Positions 9,928 through 19,031 of a DNA stretch of 64,000 bases are shown piece by piece. The notes under the pieces were generated by a model, which saw nothing but the letters and a program-made list of their open reading frames with translations, had not been told where the DNA came from and ran no database searches. The position numbers and the translations under genes are program-made. Source of the DNA: Candidatus Limimorpha sp. (lineage in GTDB: Bacteria; Bacteroidota; Bacteroidia; Bacteroidales; F082); NCBI GenBank assembly GCA_045120395.1, contig JBGVET010000026.1, positions 5,691-69,690 on the forward strand. The letters run 5' to 3'. The number at the start of each line of letters is the position of its first letter. Position 1 is the first letter of the stretch.

Positions 9928-10914
9928 ATGAAAAAGATATTTTTAACATTAGTGTTATTGTCATTACTTTATAATGTCAATGCTACTGGAAAAGTTACAG
10001 TTCGTATTTCTGATGGTATTGAGAATACAACTGTCAAATCAAAAATGGAACAAGTTATTTCTAAAATTTTGACGGAAGCTAATGCTGCTCATAAAGAAAA
10101 AAGAGAATTAAATTATTCTATATTGGGAATACCTTCATCAGTACAAAGCTCTTTGGCTTCTCTTTGGGATAATTCTCCATTTATAAGTATGGATAATGAA
10201 ATTGTCGAACGCTGCATCACAACAGCTAATGGTTATCAGATAAGAAATATTCCTCTCATATTAAAACCGTTAAATTCTACAGATATAGAAGATGATGAAG
10301 ATTACCAAGAAGCTGTAGTCAGTTTTGATAAACAAGGAAACCTTACTTCATTTTATTTGTCTATCAGCATGAATCTATACATGAATGTAATCAGAGACAA
10401 TAAGGAAATAACAGATCTCCGTCGTCGTCAATTGATACTTGATTATGTAGAACAATTCAGAACTGCTTACAATCAGAAAGACCTTGATTTTTTAGAGGCG
10501 GTGTATAGTGACGATGCTCTTATTATAACAGGAAAGGTAATTAAAAGAAAACCTGTTGATGGTATAGTCATGCCAGATAAAATAGAGTATTCTCAGCAAA
10601 ATAAGAAGACATATCTAAACAATCTTGCTAAAATTTTCAATAGCAACAAACAGATTAGAGTACAATTTGATGAAGTTGAGGTAATGAGGCACGGTGTGTC
10701 TCCTGATATATATGGGGTTACATTGCATCAATCATGGACAACAGATACATATCATGATGATGGATATCTTTTCTTATTATGGGATTTCCGAGATGAAACA
10801 CACCCACAAATACACGTCAGAACTTGGCAACCAGATGCATATAACTCTGATGGCACTGGAACAAAACGTATCCCTAAAGATGAAATATTCAGTTTGAGCG
10901 ATTTTGATATATAG
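9928..10914 (+). CDS. secreted protein with C-terminal NTF2/SnoaL-like (DUF4440-like) region
   Basis: Signal peptide LTLVLLSLLYNVNATG; LDYVEQFRTAYNQKDLDFLEAVYSDDALIITG resembles NTF2-like fold starts. Confidence 0.5.
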   Translation: MKKIFLTLVLLSLLYNVNATGKVTVRISDGIENTTVKSKMEQVISKILTEANAAHKEKRELNYSILGIPSSVQSSLASLWDNSPFISMDNEIVERCITTANGYQIRNIPLILKPLNSTDIEDDEDYQEAVVSFDKQGNLTSFYLSISMNLYMNVIRDNKEITDLRRRQLILDYVEQFRTAYNQKDLDFLEAVYSDDALIITGKVIKRKPVDGIVMPDKIEYSQQNKKTYLNNLAKIFNSNKQIRVQFDEVEVMRHGVSPDIYGVTLHQSWTTDTYHDDGYLFLLWDFRDETHPQIHVRTWQPDAYNSDGTGTKRIPKDEIFSLSDFDI

Positions 10915-10960
10915 TATATCAACCATAACGAATTGTAAAATTACCTAAAATTGATATGAT

Positions 10961-11200
10961 ATGTGTAAAAAACAGATGAATGAGTTAAAAGAATTATTTA
11001 ATGCCTCCATACCTTCACCTGAAGAAACATCTACTGAAAAGATATTATTATCTAACGGTAGAATTTCTCTTCTCAAGAAAACAGATGGAACATTCTGTTT
11101 GAAAAATGAAATCGTGGGGTGTCAATATGGACATTTTTTAACAAAAAAAGAAGCAGAAGAATATTGGGAGGATATTGTTATTGATGACAACACCTTGTAA
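10961..11200 (+). CDS. small hypothetical cytoplasmic protein (79 aa)
   Basis: ORF in operon register, no signal peptide; weak support. Confidence 0.35.
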   Translation: MCKKQMNELKELFNASIPSPEETSTEKILLSNGRISLLKKTDGTFCLKNEIVGCQYGHFLTKKEAEEYWEDIVIDDNTL

Positions 11201-11252
11201 AAAGCTAAATTGTACAAAATTTGAAAAAATCAATTAAATAGGAGAAATAATA

Positions 11253-13355
11253 ATGAAGAGACTTTTTTTGTTATTGCTGTTTGTAAATAGTCTTGCTTAT
11301 GCTCAAAATTATAGTATAAGTAGCGTTATTGAACTTCAAAATGATTTGGCGGCCAGAAGAAATGTAGTGACTGACTCGTCGGGGATAGGTTGCGCTTTGA
11401 TTAGGGTAAACATTCCTTCTGTTAATAATATCAAATTTGATTCGTCAATAGTTGGCGAAGTAGAGTTTTTGCCAGGTGAATATAATGTTTATTTACCAGA
11501 ATATTCAAATTTATTATCAGTTTCAGTAGATGGAGAATGGTATGATATAGATTTTTCAAAATTCAATATTACGATTGAAGAGAAAAAATGCTATCGCATT
11601 ATTTTTAGGAAGAATATAAATACTAATGTACCTGTGGTTTCAAAAACTTCAATTAATGCAAATTATGACAACGTGGTGGTATTGATTGATGGTGTGCCTG
11701 TGGGACAAACTCCATTACAACTGGATAACATATCACTAGGAGAACATATTTTATCTGTCCCGAATACAAATGGAGTGACCATGCGTGATACAACTATTGT
11801 TTTCACAGAAAACAATATAATAAACTTGTTTCTGCACAAAGAGGATAAAAAAACAGTTATTGTTGACATGGCCACGCCAGGTGGGGATTCATGTGGATGG
11901 TATAATGTTTTTGGTACAAATATTAAAGAAGAAAATGGAAAAGTAGGTGTTGTTGAGTATACAGGAGATACAATTGTTCCCTTCGAATTTGATTATATAT
12001 ATCCAGGTATTCTGAATGGATATTATCTCGTGAATAAAGATGATAAATGGGGATTATACGATATGGATAAAGGCTTAGTTGTTCAGTGTGTATATGATAA
12101 TATAAGTGCATGGAAATCGTATGCTCATGATCAATATATGCCTGTTGCCCAGGATGATAAGTGGGGAGTTATTTCTCCAGAAGGGGAATTGATTATCCCT
12201 ATAAAATATGAAAATCATCCCCAACTATATGAAGATGTCATAAAAGTGGAATATATAGAACAAGAAAGTAAGAAAGAATTTTATGGAGTTTATTCATATG
12301 ATGGAGAAGAAATTATAAAACCTAAATACGAATATATGAATGAATTTGTTAATGGCTATGCTTTCTTTAGAAAGTATGATGACACAGTAGGTTTTGTTGA
12401 TATTTATGGAAATGAAACATATTTTCCAGAAGGTTATAGTGTTGGGAGTAGTTGGGGAATAGGTGGAACCATATTTAGGAGTAATCTCTTTAGAGTAAAA
12501 GATAAGGTATCAGGTAAATGGGGATACATGAACTCTCAACTTGAATTGGTTATTCCTTGTATTTATGATGCAATAAGTGAATACGACGCTGCACCTAATT
12601 TCAATAATGGAATAGTGCTATTAAAACTAAATGAAGATAAATTGGTATTGGACTCAAATGGTAACATTATTGTAAGTTGTAAAAATCATGGATACAGTGA
12701 TATTGAGATAGTTAGTCGTTCAAATTCCATATGGAATCATGGTCGTTTCTTTGAGTATCACGATTACTACGACATAGATAATAATACTCTTATTAAAGTT
12801 GTAAATTTAGATGCCAAATGTGGCCTTATAGATACAGATGGAAACATCATTGTTCCGTGCAAATATGAAGAAGATGACATACGATGGTTTTGTGATAATT
12901 ACACAAATTATTTTACTTTGTTAAATAACGATGAAGTAATTATATGTGACAAACATCAGAATGAGTTATTACGATTGCCTTCAAATCTTAGAATTCTTGA
13001 AATAACAGATGGATTCATTATGATTAAAGATGAAGAATCTGGATCTTATGGCTATCTTAATACAAAAGGTGAAATTTTAGCAAATTGTATTTATGGTAAT
13101 AGTTATAATGAACAACAGCTTGAAGGTGACAATGATGATAATGATGGGTATGACATGGCTAATGTTATAAATGAACAACCTATAACAGAAGGATTAGCAA
13201 TCTTAAATATAGGAGATAGATTTGGTTTTATTGATAATAATGGAAATGTTAAAGTGCCGCTTATTTATACTGCCGTAACACCATTTGAGAATGGTATGGC
13301 ATATGTTAGACAACAAAATGGAGAATGGAAAAAAATTTATAAAGACGAATTATGA
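11253..13355 (+). CDS. secreted PEGA-domain / WG (KWG) beta-repeat protein (700 aa)
   Basis: Signal peptide LLLFVNSLAYAQ; PEGA-like VVVLIDGVPVGQTPLQLDNISLGEHILSV; repeats DDKWGLYD, DDKWGVISPEGELIIP, SGKWGYMNSQLELVIP, KCGLIDTDGNIIVP, RFGFIDNNGNVKVP. Confidence 0.65.
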   Translation: MKRLFLLLLFVNSLAYAQNYSISSVIELQNDLAARRNVVTDSSGIGCALIRVNIPSVNNIKFDSSIVGEVEFLPGEYNVYLPEYSNLLSVSVDGEWYDIDFSKFNITIEEKKCYRIIFRKNINTNVPVVSKTSINANYDNVVVLIDGVPVGQTPLQLDNISLGEHILSVPNTNGVTMRDTTIVFTENNIINLFLHKEDKKTVIVDMATPGGDSCGWYNVFGTNIKEENGKVGVVEYTGDTIVPFEFDYIYPGILNGYYLVNKDDKWGLYDMDKGLVVQCVYDNISAWKSYAHDQYMPVAQDDKWGVISPEGELIIPIKYENHPQLYEDVIKVEYIEQESKKEFYGVYSYDGEEIIKPKYEYMNEFVNGYAFFRKYDDTVGFVDIYGNETYFPEGYSVGSSWGIGGTIFRSNLFRVKDKVSGKWGYMNSQLELVIPCIYDAISEYDAAPNFNNGIVLLKLNEDKLVLDSNGNIIVSCKNHGYSDIEIVSRSNSIWNHGRFFEYHDYYDIDNNTLIKVVNLDAKCGLIDTDGNIIVPCKYEEDDIRWFCDNYTNYFTLLNNDEVIICDKHQNELLRLPSNLRILEITDGFIMIKDEESGSYGYLNTKGEILANCIYGNSYNEQQLEGDNDDNDGYDMANVINEQPITEGLAILNIGDRFGFIDNNGNVKVPLIYTAVTPFENGMAYVRQQNGEWKKIYKDEL

Positions 13356-13996
13356 TCAGGTGTTTTTTTATCATTATAGCTACATTTATTAGTTTAAATT
13401 CGTTTGCGCAGAATTTAACTATAAATAGTTGCAAATATTGCAAGACGGATTCAACATATATTGTTTTACAGAGATATGACATAAATGATAATCCTTGTGC
13501 CATTATTAAAGTCTTCCCAAAAGATATTAAGGGAAAACTTGAATTTAAGGGTAATATTATAGGCGAAGTTATAAATAATGATGATCATTATGTTATTTAT
13601 GTCTTAAATAAGACTAAACGAATTAGTGTTTTCCATACAGATTATACTCCAGAAGTTATTGATTTTACAAAATATGATGATACTTCAATGGGTGTTGAAC
13701 AAAATAAAGTATATTATGTTCAGATAGCGGGAGATACTAAAAACACGTCGTCCTCAGATATGGTATACCCATCAGGATCTAGAGTACTATCATTTTCTTC
13801 AGATAATGAACTTAAGCAATTAGTTGTAAATGACATCGATTGGCAAATTGTTGATAATAGTGCAAAAAAGCTATTGCCATATGGGAAATATAAATATGAA
13901 GCAATCGATACTGAAGGACGATGTTTGAAGGGTGAAGTAGAGTTACTCCCTGCAATAGGGAGTAAGATTGTCAAATTAAATTTTGGTAATAATTAG
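13352..13996 (+). CDS. secreted hypothetical protein (214 aa)
   Basis: ATGA overlap with upstream gene; signal peptide FFIIIATFISLNSFAQ. Confidence 0.5.
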   Translation: MIRCFFIIIATFISLNSFAQNLTINSCKYCKTDSTYIVLQRYDINDNPCAIIKVFPKDIKGKLEFKGNIIGEVINNDDHYVIYVLNKTKRISVFHTDYTPEVIDFTKYDDTSMGVEQNKVYYVQIAGDTKNTSSSDMVYPSGSRVLSFSSDNELKQLVVNDIDWQIVDNSAKKLLPYGKYKYEAIDTEGRCLKGEVELLPAIGSKIVKLNFGNN

Positions 13997-14512
13997 ATGG
14001 AAAAATATAATCTTGAGGAATATGTGGTTAAAGCTTCTCCTAAAGTTAATCAATTATTGAGGGGTAATATTGATGCATCTGAATATACCTTTGACTCATT
14101 ATTTGAAAAAGGTATAGTATCCCAACCTCTTTATCGATTGATTAACAATGAGCATATTCACATTCAAGATGGAATCTTTGCTGATAAAGGATATTTGTCT
14201 TGTACAAGTGATTTTGATTCATTTATCCATCATGTAGATGGTGTAAATGTTGCATGTCTGCAATTTAATATACCCGATAGTTTTCAGAGAATAGATGTAC
14301 ACGCTTTATTGCCTGACCACACTGATGAAGGTGAAATAGTCCTTCCGAGAGGCCTTCAATTTAGGGTTGAAAGCGTACAAGAGTATGCGACTCCTAGTGA
14401 TATTCAAAATTTCTTGGATAATATAGGAAGTATCTCATCTGCTAAAGAAATTTGTGGTATATATGGAATAAAAACGATAACCTACTATAGATTATCACTA
14501 ATTCTGCATTAG
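13997..14512 (+). CDS. ADP-ribosyltransferase-like protein (C3/VIP2-type R-S-ExE pattern)
   Basis: VNQLLRG; PLYRLI (Arg); GYLSCTSD (STS-like); DEGEIVLPRGLQFRV (ExE + following LPRG); no signal peptide; ATG abuts upstream TAG. Confidence 0.65.
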   Translation: MEKYNLEEYVVKASPKVNQLLRGNIDASEYTFDSLFEKGIVSQPLYRLINNEHIHIQDGIFADKGYLSCTSDFDSFIHHVDGVNVACLQFNIPDSFQRIDVHALLPDHTDEGEIVLPRGLQFRVESVQEYATPSDIQNFLDNIGSISSAKEICGIYGIKTITYYRLSLILH

Positions 14513-14576
14513 AATATGCATTTATAGAGTTAATATATATCGTTAAGAACAACTATAAACCAAGCAACAGAAACAT

Positions 14577-15494
14577 ATGAATCCATTTGACGCAAACGAA
14601 AGACATAGATATATTATAGAATCTGGCGGCATCCCTGCATCTTCTAGAGAGGAGCAGGAGAAGGAAATGTGGGTTAACTCTATTAATGTTGATCTAGATA
14701 TTCCTATATATCGTTATATGAAATGGGAATATCTACAAAAGTTTTATTCCTCTACACGGCATGAATGGATATTAGCACATCCGTGTTTATGGCAAGATAA
14801 GTTTGAGCATTTTATATTTAAATGCGAGAAGGTCCATAGTTCGAAAATGAATATCGATATTGAAATATCAAATCTTGCAGATCATTATTATGCCCAATGT
14901 TGGACTATTGTTGAAGAATCTTCATTGCAATGGCAGGTTAATAAGCCCCATACTAATAGTTGTCACGATAATGTAGGGGATGATGAAAATGGAGAAATTT
15001 GGGTAAAAGTACGAACTACGCCGAGAAAACTATTAGGAGCAATGTTTTATTCTTCAGACAATCTTGTGGAAAATTCCTACAATATGATAACATACTTTAT
15101 CGGTAAAGTAGAATATCTTGCTAGTGAAGATATTGAAAACTTTAAGATAACAGATTCTAATCAGTTAATGGACCAAACAGGTTTACTGCAGGTTTTATTT
15201 CTTTTGCAAAAAAGAATGCCATATATACAAGAGCAAGAAGTTCGACTAATTATGCAAGTTGATAGTAATTTTTGCAACAAACATCCAGAAAATATAGTTG
15301 GAAGAAGTATTGACAATTGGTATGATTTGATTGATGAAATTGTTCTTGATCCATGGGTTACCCAAAGTCAGGAGGAGACAGTTAAGTCGTATTTGTTACA
15401 ATTAGCCCAGCAACAAAACCGAACACCTATTAATTGTTGGAAGTCTCATTTAAATGATCATCCCCAATATTTGGTACCTATCCTGGATATTTAA
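14577..15494 (+). CDS. DUF2971-like hypothetical protein
   Basis: IYRYMKWEYLQKFYSS...LAHPCLWQDKFEHF resembles DUF2971 N-terminal pattern (YRY..., ..D.FE); last + strand gene before terminator. Confidence 0.4.
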   Translation: MNPFDANERHRYIIESGGIPASSREEQEKEMWVNSINVDLDIPIYRYMKWEYLQKFYSSTRHEWILAHPCLWQDKFEHFIFKCEKVHSSKMNIDIEISNLADHYYAQCWTIVEESSLQWQVNKPHTNSCHDNVGDDENGEIWVKVRTTPRKLLGAMFYSSDNLVENSYNMITYFIGKVEYLASEDIENFKITDSNQLMDQTGLLQVLFLLQKRMPYIQEQEVRLIMQVDSNFCNKHPENIVGRSIDNWYDLIDEIVLDPWVTQSQEETVKSYLLQLAQQQNRTPINCWKSHLNDHPQYLVPILDI

Positions 15495-15501
15495 TATGAT
15501 T

Positions 15502-15539
15502 AAAATCCTCAGCAATCATACGACTACTGAGGATTTTTT
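15502..15539. terminator. bidirectional terminator between the operon and the Argonaute gene
   Basis: AAAATCCTCAG (15502-15512) / CTGAGGATTTT (15527-15537) perfect 11-bp arms with A-run and T-run on either side. Confidence 0.7.
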
Positions 15540-15543
15540 ATAT

Positions 15544-17742
15544 CTACAAAAACCATAAATGGTTAGTATCAATATCGTAATTATTTACATCGTTGAAGTA
15601 TGGTAGCATCTGGGCTATCATCTCTGGGTATTTGATTGTTACTGGTAGGTTTTGTTGTTTGACTGATTTCCAATAGATACGACTGAATTGATATACTTGG
15701 TCGATGAGCTGATTGATTGTTGTGGTGTCAATGTCGAGCATAGGGTCGTTGGGACAGTCTATCTTTATTTTTATCGGGAATGGGTATCCGTCGTATGGGT
15801 TTAACCTTGCATTTTCGTAGCGTGTGTTGTTGCATAAAAGATATGTCTTGTCGCCTAAATTAACGTATGTTCCGCTGTATGGCATTAGTTCTTTGTAATT
15901 GTCATCAAATACCACATAGTCTTCTGATTCTGTCTTGTTTATTGACAATACATAAAATGGTATATCAAGATTGAGGTTGTGCAGTGCTTTTTCGATGTGC
16001 GCTATTTCTTTGTGGTTCATAGTTTTGTAATAGTGTATGATTAGTCGTTGTGGTTTGCCGTTTGCAACTGCAAATTTAAGGATGGCATTTTCTATGGAAC
16101 CTGCCAGTTCTTCTAATTCATCATTTAAAAAGTAGGCAAAGGAGTTGAAAGAACCTGTGTTGTCGAATGAGAATGCGGAACCTATATATTGTGTGTTTGT
16201 CTCTGTATTGCGAAATGCTCCTACACCTACTATGAGTTCGTCCTGTTTAGGTGACGATAGTCGCCAAGGTGTTCCGCCGAGTTTGGCATTGATGGCTATA
16301 GACATGTTTTGAAGAGTGTAGGCAAAGTTTTTCAGAGGTTTGCCGTTGCTGTCAGTATTTGTATTGTCGTGTTCAATCATGCTGAGCATTTTGGATGTTT
16401 CAATGCATTGCGAGACGATATTGTATCTGAGCAGTCTTTCTTTTACTCTGTAATATATCTTACGTTCTTCCTTGTCGGATGTGTGTCTGCCTATCGGCGT
16501 CAGGTATATGGCGATTATCTTTTCATTATGATTAAAAGTCATATTTCTAAGGAAGTCGTTCAGTTCTCCCAAGATATTGTTTGTGTCTTGTATTTCAAGA
16601 AATTTATTTGAGAAAGAAAAATCTCTACCTATGTATAGTTTTAGTCCTTTGAACAGTTGTTTATAGTCATTTTTGAAATATCTGAGGAGGTTTCTTGCTG
16701 CTTCTCTGTCTTCTTTCGGGAATATCGCCAACATTGTAATAGATGGATATGGCGTTGGCTGAAACGGACCGTGGTTAACTCCGATTTGTGGATTATAGTT
16801 TGTTGTATTGCCTCCAAACATCAGCGATCTGCTTGCTGAATTGGTGTGACCTATCTGCAAAGGATTAAGTTTAGCAAATCCATCTTCGATATTTATCAGC
16901 TTACGGAATTCATCGTTGTTGATAGTCTTATAAAAAGCAGAAATTTTGTCAAAGTATCTTTTGTATTTGTTTCTTGGATATGTCTTTTTGTAAGATAATG
17001 GTTCTTCGATTTCGTCTTCATCGGCAAATTCTATTTGCAGATAGTTTATCAGTTCACGATTCATTATAGGATATGCGGCGTTTGAATCGAAGTTTTCTGT
17101 AAGAGATATTGAACTGTATTTATCTACAATGAATTTTGTGAATTTGTCTTTTCTTCTGTAAACGACTTTTCCGAAGAGTTCGGCTGATGGCTGTATCGGT
17201 GAAAATGGGTCGTCGGATGACTGCATAATCTTTGCCACCGAATATTTATACACCCATGTCGGACGGTCGTATGTGATGACGAGCTGCGGTGTGTTGTTAA
17301 ATCTATCGTAGTTGACTTTTAGAGTAAAACGGTCATATTTGATACATTCAGGATAAGGATTATCTCTACCATCTCTGAACCAAATCTGATTGTCTTTTGT
17401 TATTTTATTGGTTTCTATCAGAAAGTTCTTACTTACAAAATATTGGTAAATAAGTCTGTTGTAGTATCGTTTTGCGAATGCAAAATTTCTCGGGTCACGC
17501 AGGTCTATCTTGACAGGTGTGAATCCGTTAGTTTCGACTTCAAATGTTGAATAAATCTTGTCTCCATTTTTAAAATCAGGGAATGCTTCTTCCAATTCTA
17601 TGGGTTTGTTGTGATGCGTCAAGAATGGGAAGTTTATTCTATCAGTTGTGTGCAAGAAATAGAATGTTTGCGGTTCTTCAGGAAATTGAAAGCGAATGGC
17701 GTTCAAGAAGAGAGATTCTTGTGATGATTGATTGTTGTTCAT
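15544..17742 (-). CDS. prokaryotic Argonaute, long form, predicted catalytically inactive (long-B-like)
   Basis: PIWI-entry motif NMSIAINAKLGGTPWRL; MID-like YYRVKERLLRYNIVSQCIETSK; DEDX positions substituted (LIVGVGAF where GxDV expected, LIIHYYKT where RDG expected); 732 aa. Confidence 0.8.
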   Translation of the reverse strand: MNNNQSSQESLFLNAIRFQFPEEPQTFYFLHTTDRINFPFLTHHNKPIELEEAFPDFKNGDKIYSTFEVETNGFTPVKIDLRDPRNFAFAKRYYNRLIYQYFVSKNFLIETNKITKDNQIWFRDGRDNPYPECIKYDRFTLKVNYDRFNNTPQLVITYDRPTWVYKYSVAKIMQSSDDPFSPIQPSAELFGKVVYRRKDKFTKFIVDKYSSISLTENFDSNAAYPIMNRELINYLQIEFADEDEIEEPLSYKKTYPRNKYKRYFDKISAFYKTINNDEFRKLINIEDGFAKLNPLQIGHTNSASRSLMFGGNTTNYNPQIGVNHGPFQPTPYPSITMLAIFPKEDREAARNLLRYFKNDYKQLFKGLKLYIGRDFSFSNKFLEIQDTNNILGELNDFLRNMTFNHNEKIIAIYLTPIGRHTSDKEERKIYYRVKERLLRYNIVSQCIETSKMLSMIEHDNTNTDSNGKPLKNFAYTLQNMSIAINAKLGGTPWRLSSPKQDELIVGVGAFRNTETNTQYIGSAFSFDNTGSFNSFAYFLNDELEELAGSIENAILKFAVANGKPQRLIIHYYKTMNHKEIAHIEKALHNLNLDIPFYVLSINKTESEDYVVFDDNYKELMPYSGTYVNLGDKTYLLCNNTRYENARLNPYDGYPFPIKIKIDCPNDPMLDIDTTTINQLIDQVYQFSRIYWKSVKQQNLPVTIKYPEMIAQMLPYFNDVNNYDIDTNHLWFL

Positions 17743-17815
17743 GTTGTTGTTTTTAATTGTTAATAGAAATTAGCTTTGTTCAATTTCATAGAGTTAGGTT
17801 TTTTGAGTCTATAAG

Positions 17816-17823
17816 CAAATATA
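17816..17823 (-). promoter_or_regulatory. candidate -7 box (TATATTTG on minus strand) for the Argonaute gene
   Basis: CAAATATA on + strand = TAnnTTTG on minus, ~75 nt upstream of ATG 17742. Confidence 0.3.
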
Positions 17824-18028
17824 AAGAAATAGTTGCAATATTTTATGAATGTATGTAAATATTTATTAAGAAATTTTGATTGGAGTAATTAAAGTAATTG
17901 GAGTGATATTGCGGATGCTTTTAATTTTATAGGGTGATGATTCTACGATTATATTTCTTTAATAATAACATCACCAATACATAATAGTTATTTTTATAAA
18001 AACATTTGACATTTTAATATATTATATA

Positions 18029-18036
18029 TACTTTTG
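18029..18036 (+). promoter_or_regulatory. candidate -7 box TACTTTTG for the wHTH/NTase/phosphoesterase operon
   Basis: Matches Bacteroides TAnnTTTG, 33 nt upstream of ATG 18069. Confidence 0.4.
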
Positions 18037-18068
18037 CACATAATATTATATGTGATATAATTTGCAGA

Positions 18069-19031
18069 ATGAAATATAACATTAAAAAAATATCTGATTA
18101 TCTCAATAACCTAATTGGAAATGACATAAATGTATTTCCAACAGAAAAGGCTGTAATCAGCAAGCTTCCCTTTACTCTTGCCAAGAGTTATGATTTCCAC
18201 GATATGGAAATTATAGGTAATCACATTACGGTTGCTGTACCAACTGAACCTGACGAATGTTCTCCTATGCAATTAGCAAAACATCAGACTAAGATGATGG
18301 ATATATTTGAGCGTCCTGTTGTGTTTGTATTAGAAGAGATAGAATCTTATAATCTTACTCGACTTACACACGCAAGAGTGAATTTCATAGTTCCGAACAA
18401 GGTGGTGTTTGTTCCAAGTCTGATGATGGTTCTTAGGGAAGTAAGAAAGACCAATAAATCATTGTCTGATACCATGCCTCCGGTTGCGCAGTTGTTACTT
18501 CTTTATCATATCCAAGTGAAAAACCTTAATGGAATGACTACTGCTGAATTGGCAAATATTGTATCAATGGCATATCCGACTATCAATGTGGCTCTCCGTT
18601 GGTTGGAGAGAAATGGTCTTATAGAACTCATGGGAGGAAAGCAAAAGACAGTAAATTTTGTTGCAAATGGAAAAGAGCTATGGGATAAGGCACTCCCAAT
18701 GATGACTTCGCCTATTGAACGTACAATATATGCAAATACAAGACCTACAGATTCATTGTTTTCAAATGAAACAGCAATGGGACATCACACAATGTTGGCA
18801 GAACCAAATACTGAAATTGTAGCCATAAGCAAAACAACGGCAAAAGAATATGAGGTTTTTTTCAACAAACAATATGGCAATGTGAAAGTTGAAGTATGGA
18901 AATACGCCCCATCGCTTCTGTCGGGAAATGAATATGTGGATAGATTGTCGTTGTATTTGAGTTTAAGAGACAATGAAGATGAGCGAATACAAATTGAATG
19001 TGACACTTTAATTGAAGAAATGAAATGGTAA
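18069..19031 (+). CDS. winged-helix DNA-binding protein, AbiEi-like antitoxin/regulator candidate
   Basis: MarR-like wHTH MTTAELANIVSMAYPTINVALRWLERNGLIEL; translationally coupled (ATGGTAA) to a nucleotidyltransferase gene. Confidence 0.5.
   Translation: MKYNIKKISDYLNNLIGNDINVFPTEKAVISKLPFTLAKSYDFHDMEIIGNHITVAVPTEPDECSPMQLAKHQTKMMDIFERPVVFVLEEIESYNLTRLTHARVNFIVPNKVVFVPSLMMVLREVRKTNKSLSDTMPPVAQLLLLYHIQVKNLNGMTTAELANIVSMAYPTINVALRWLERNGLIELMGGKQKTVNFVANGKELWDKALPMMTSPIERTIYANTRPTDSLFSNETAMGHHTMLAEPNTEIVAISKTTAKEYEVFFNKQYGNVKVEVWKYAPSLLSGNEYVDRLSLYLSLRDNEDERIQIECDTLIEEMKW

Noticed and set aside
10694-10897. 67-aa overlapping ORF inside 9928-10914
   Set aside because: It is an alternative frame of a supported signal-peptide protein gene, Met/His-rich low-complexity sequence, with no independent support.
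15544-17742. Short-pAgo (SPARTA/SPARSA-like) or catalytically active long-A Argonaute
   Set aside because: At 732 aa with N-terminal and linker regions before MID-PIWI it is too long for a short pAgo. No APAZ, TIR or SIR2 partner is adjacent. The catalytic Asp positions are visibly replaced.
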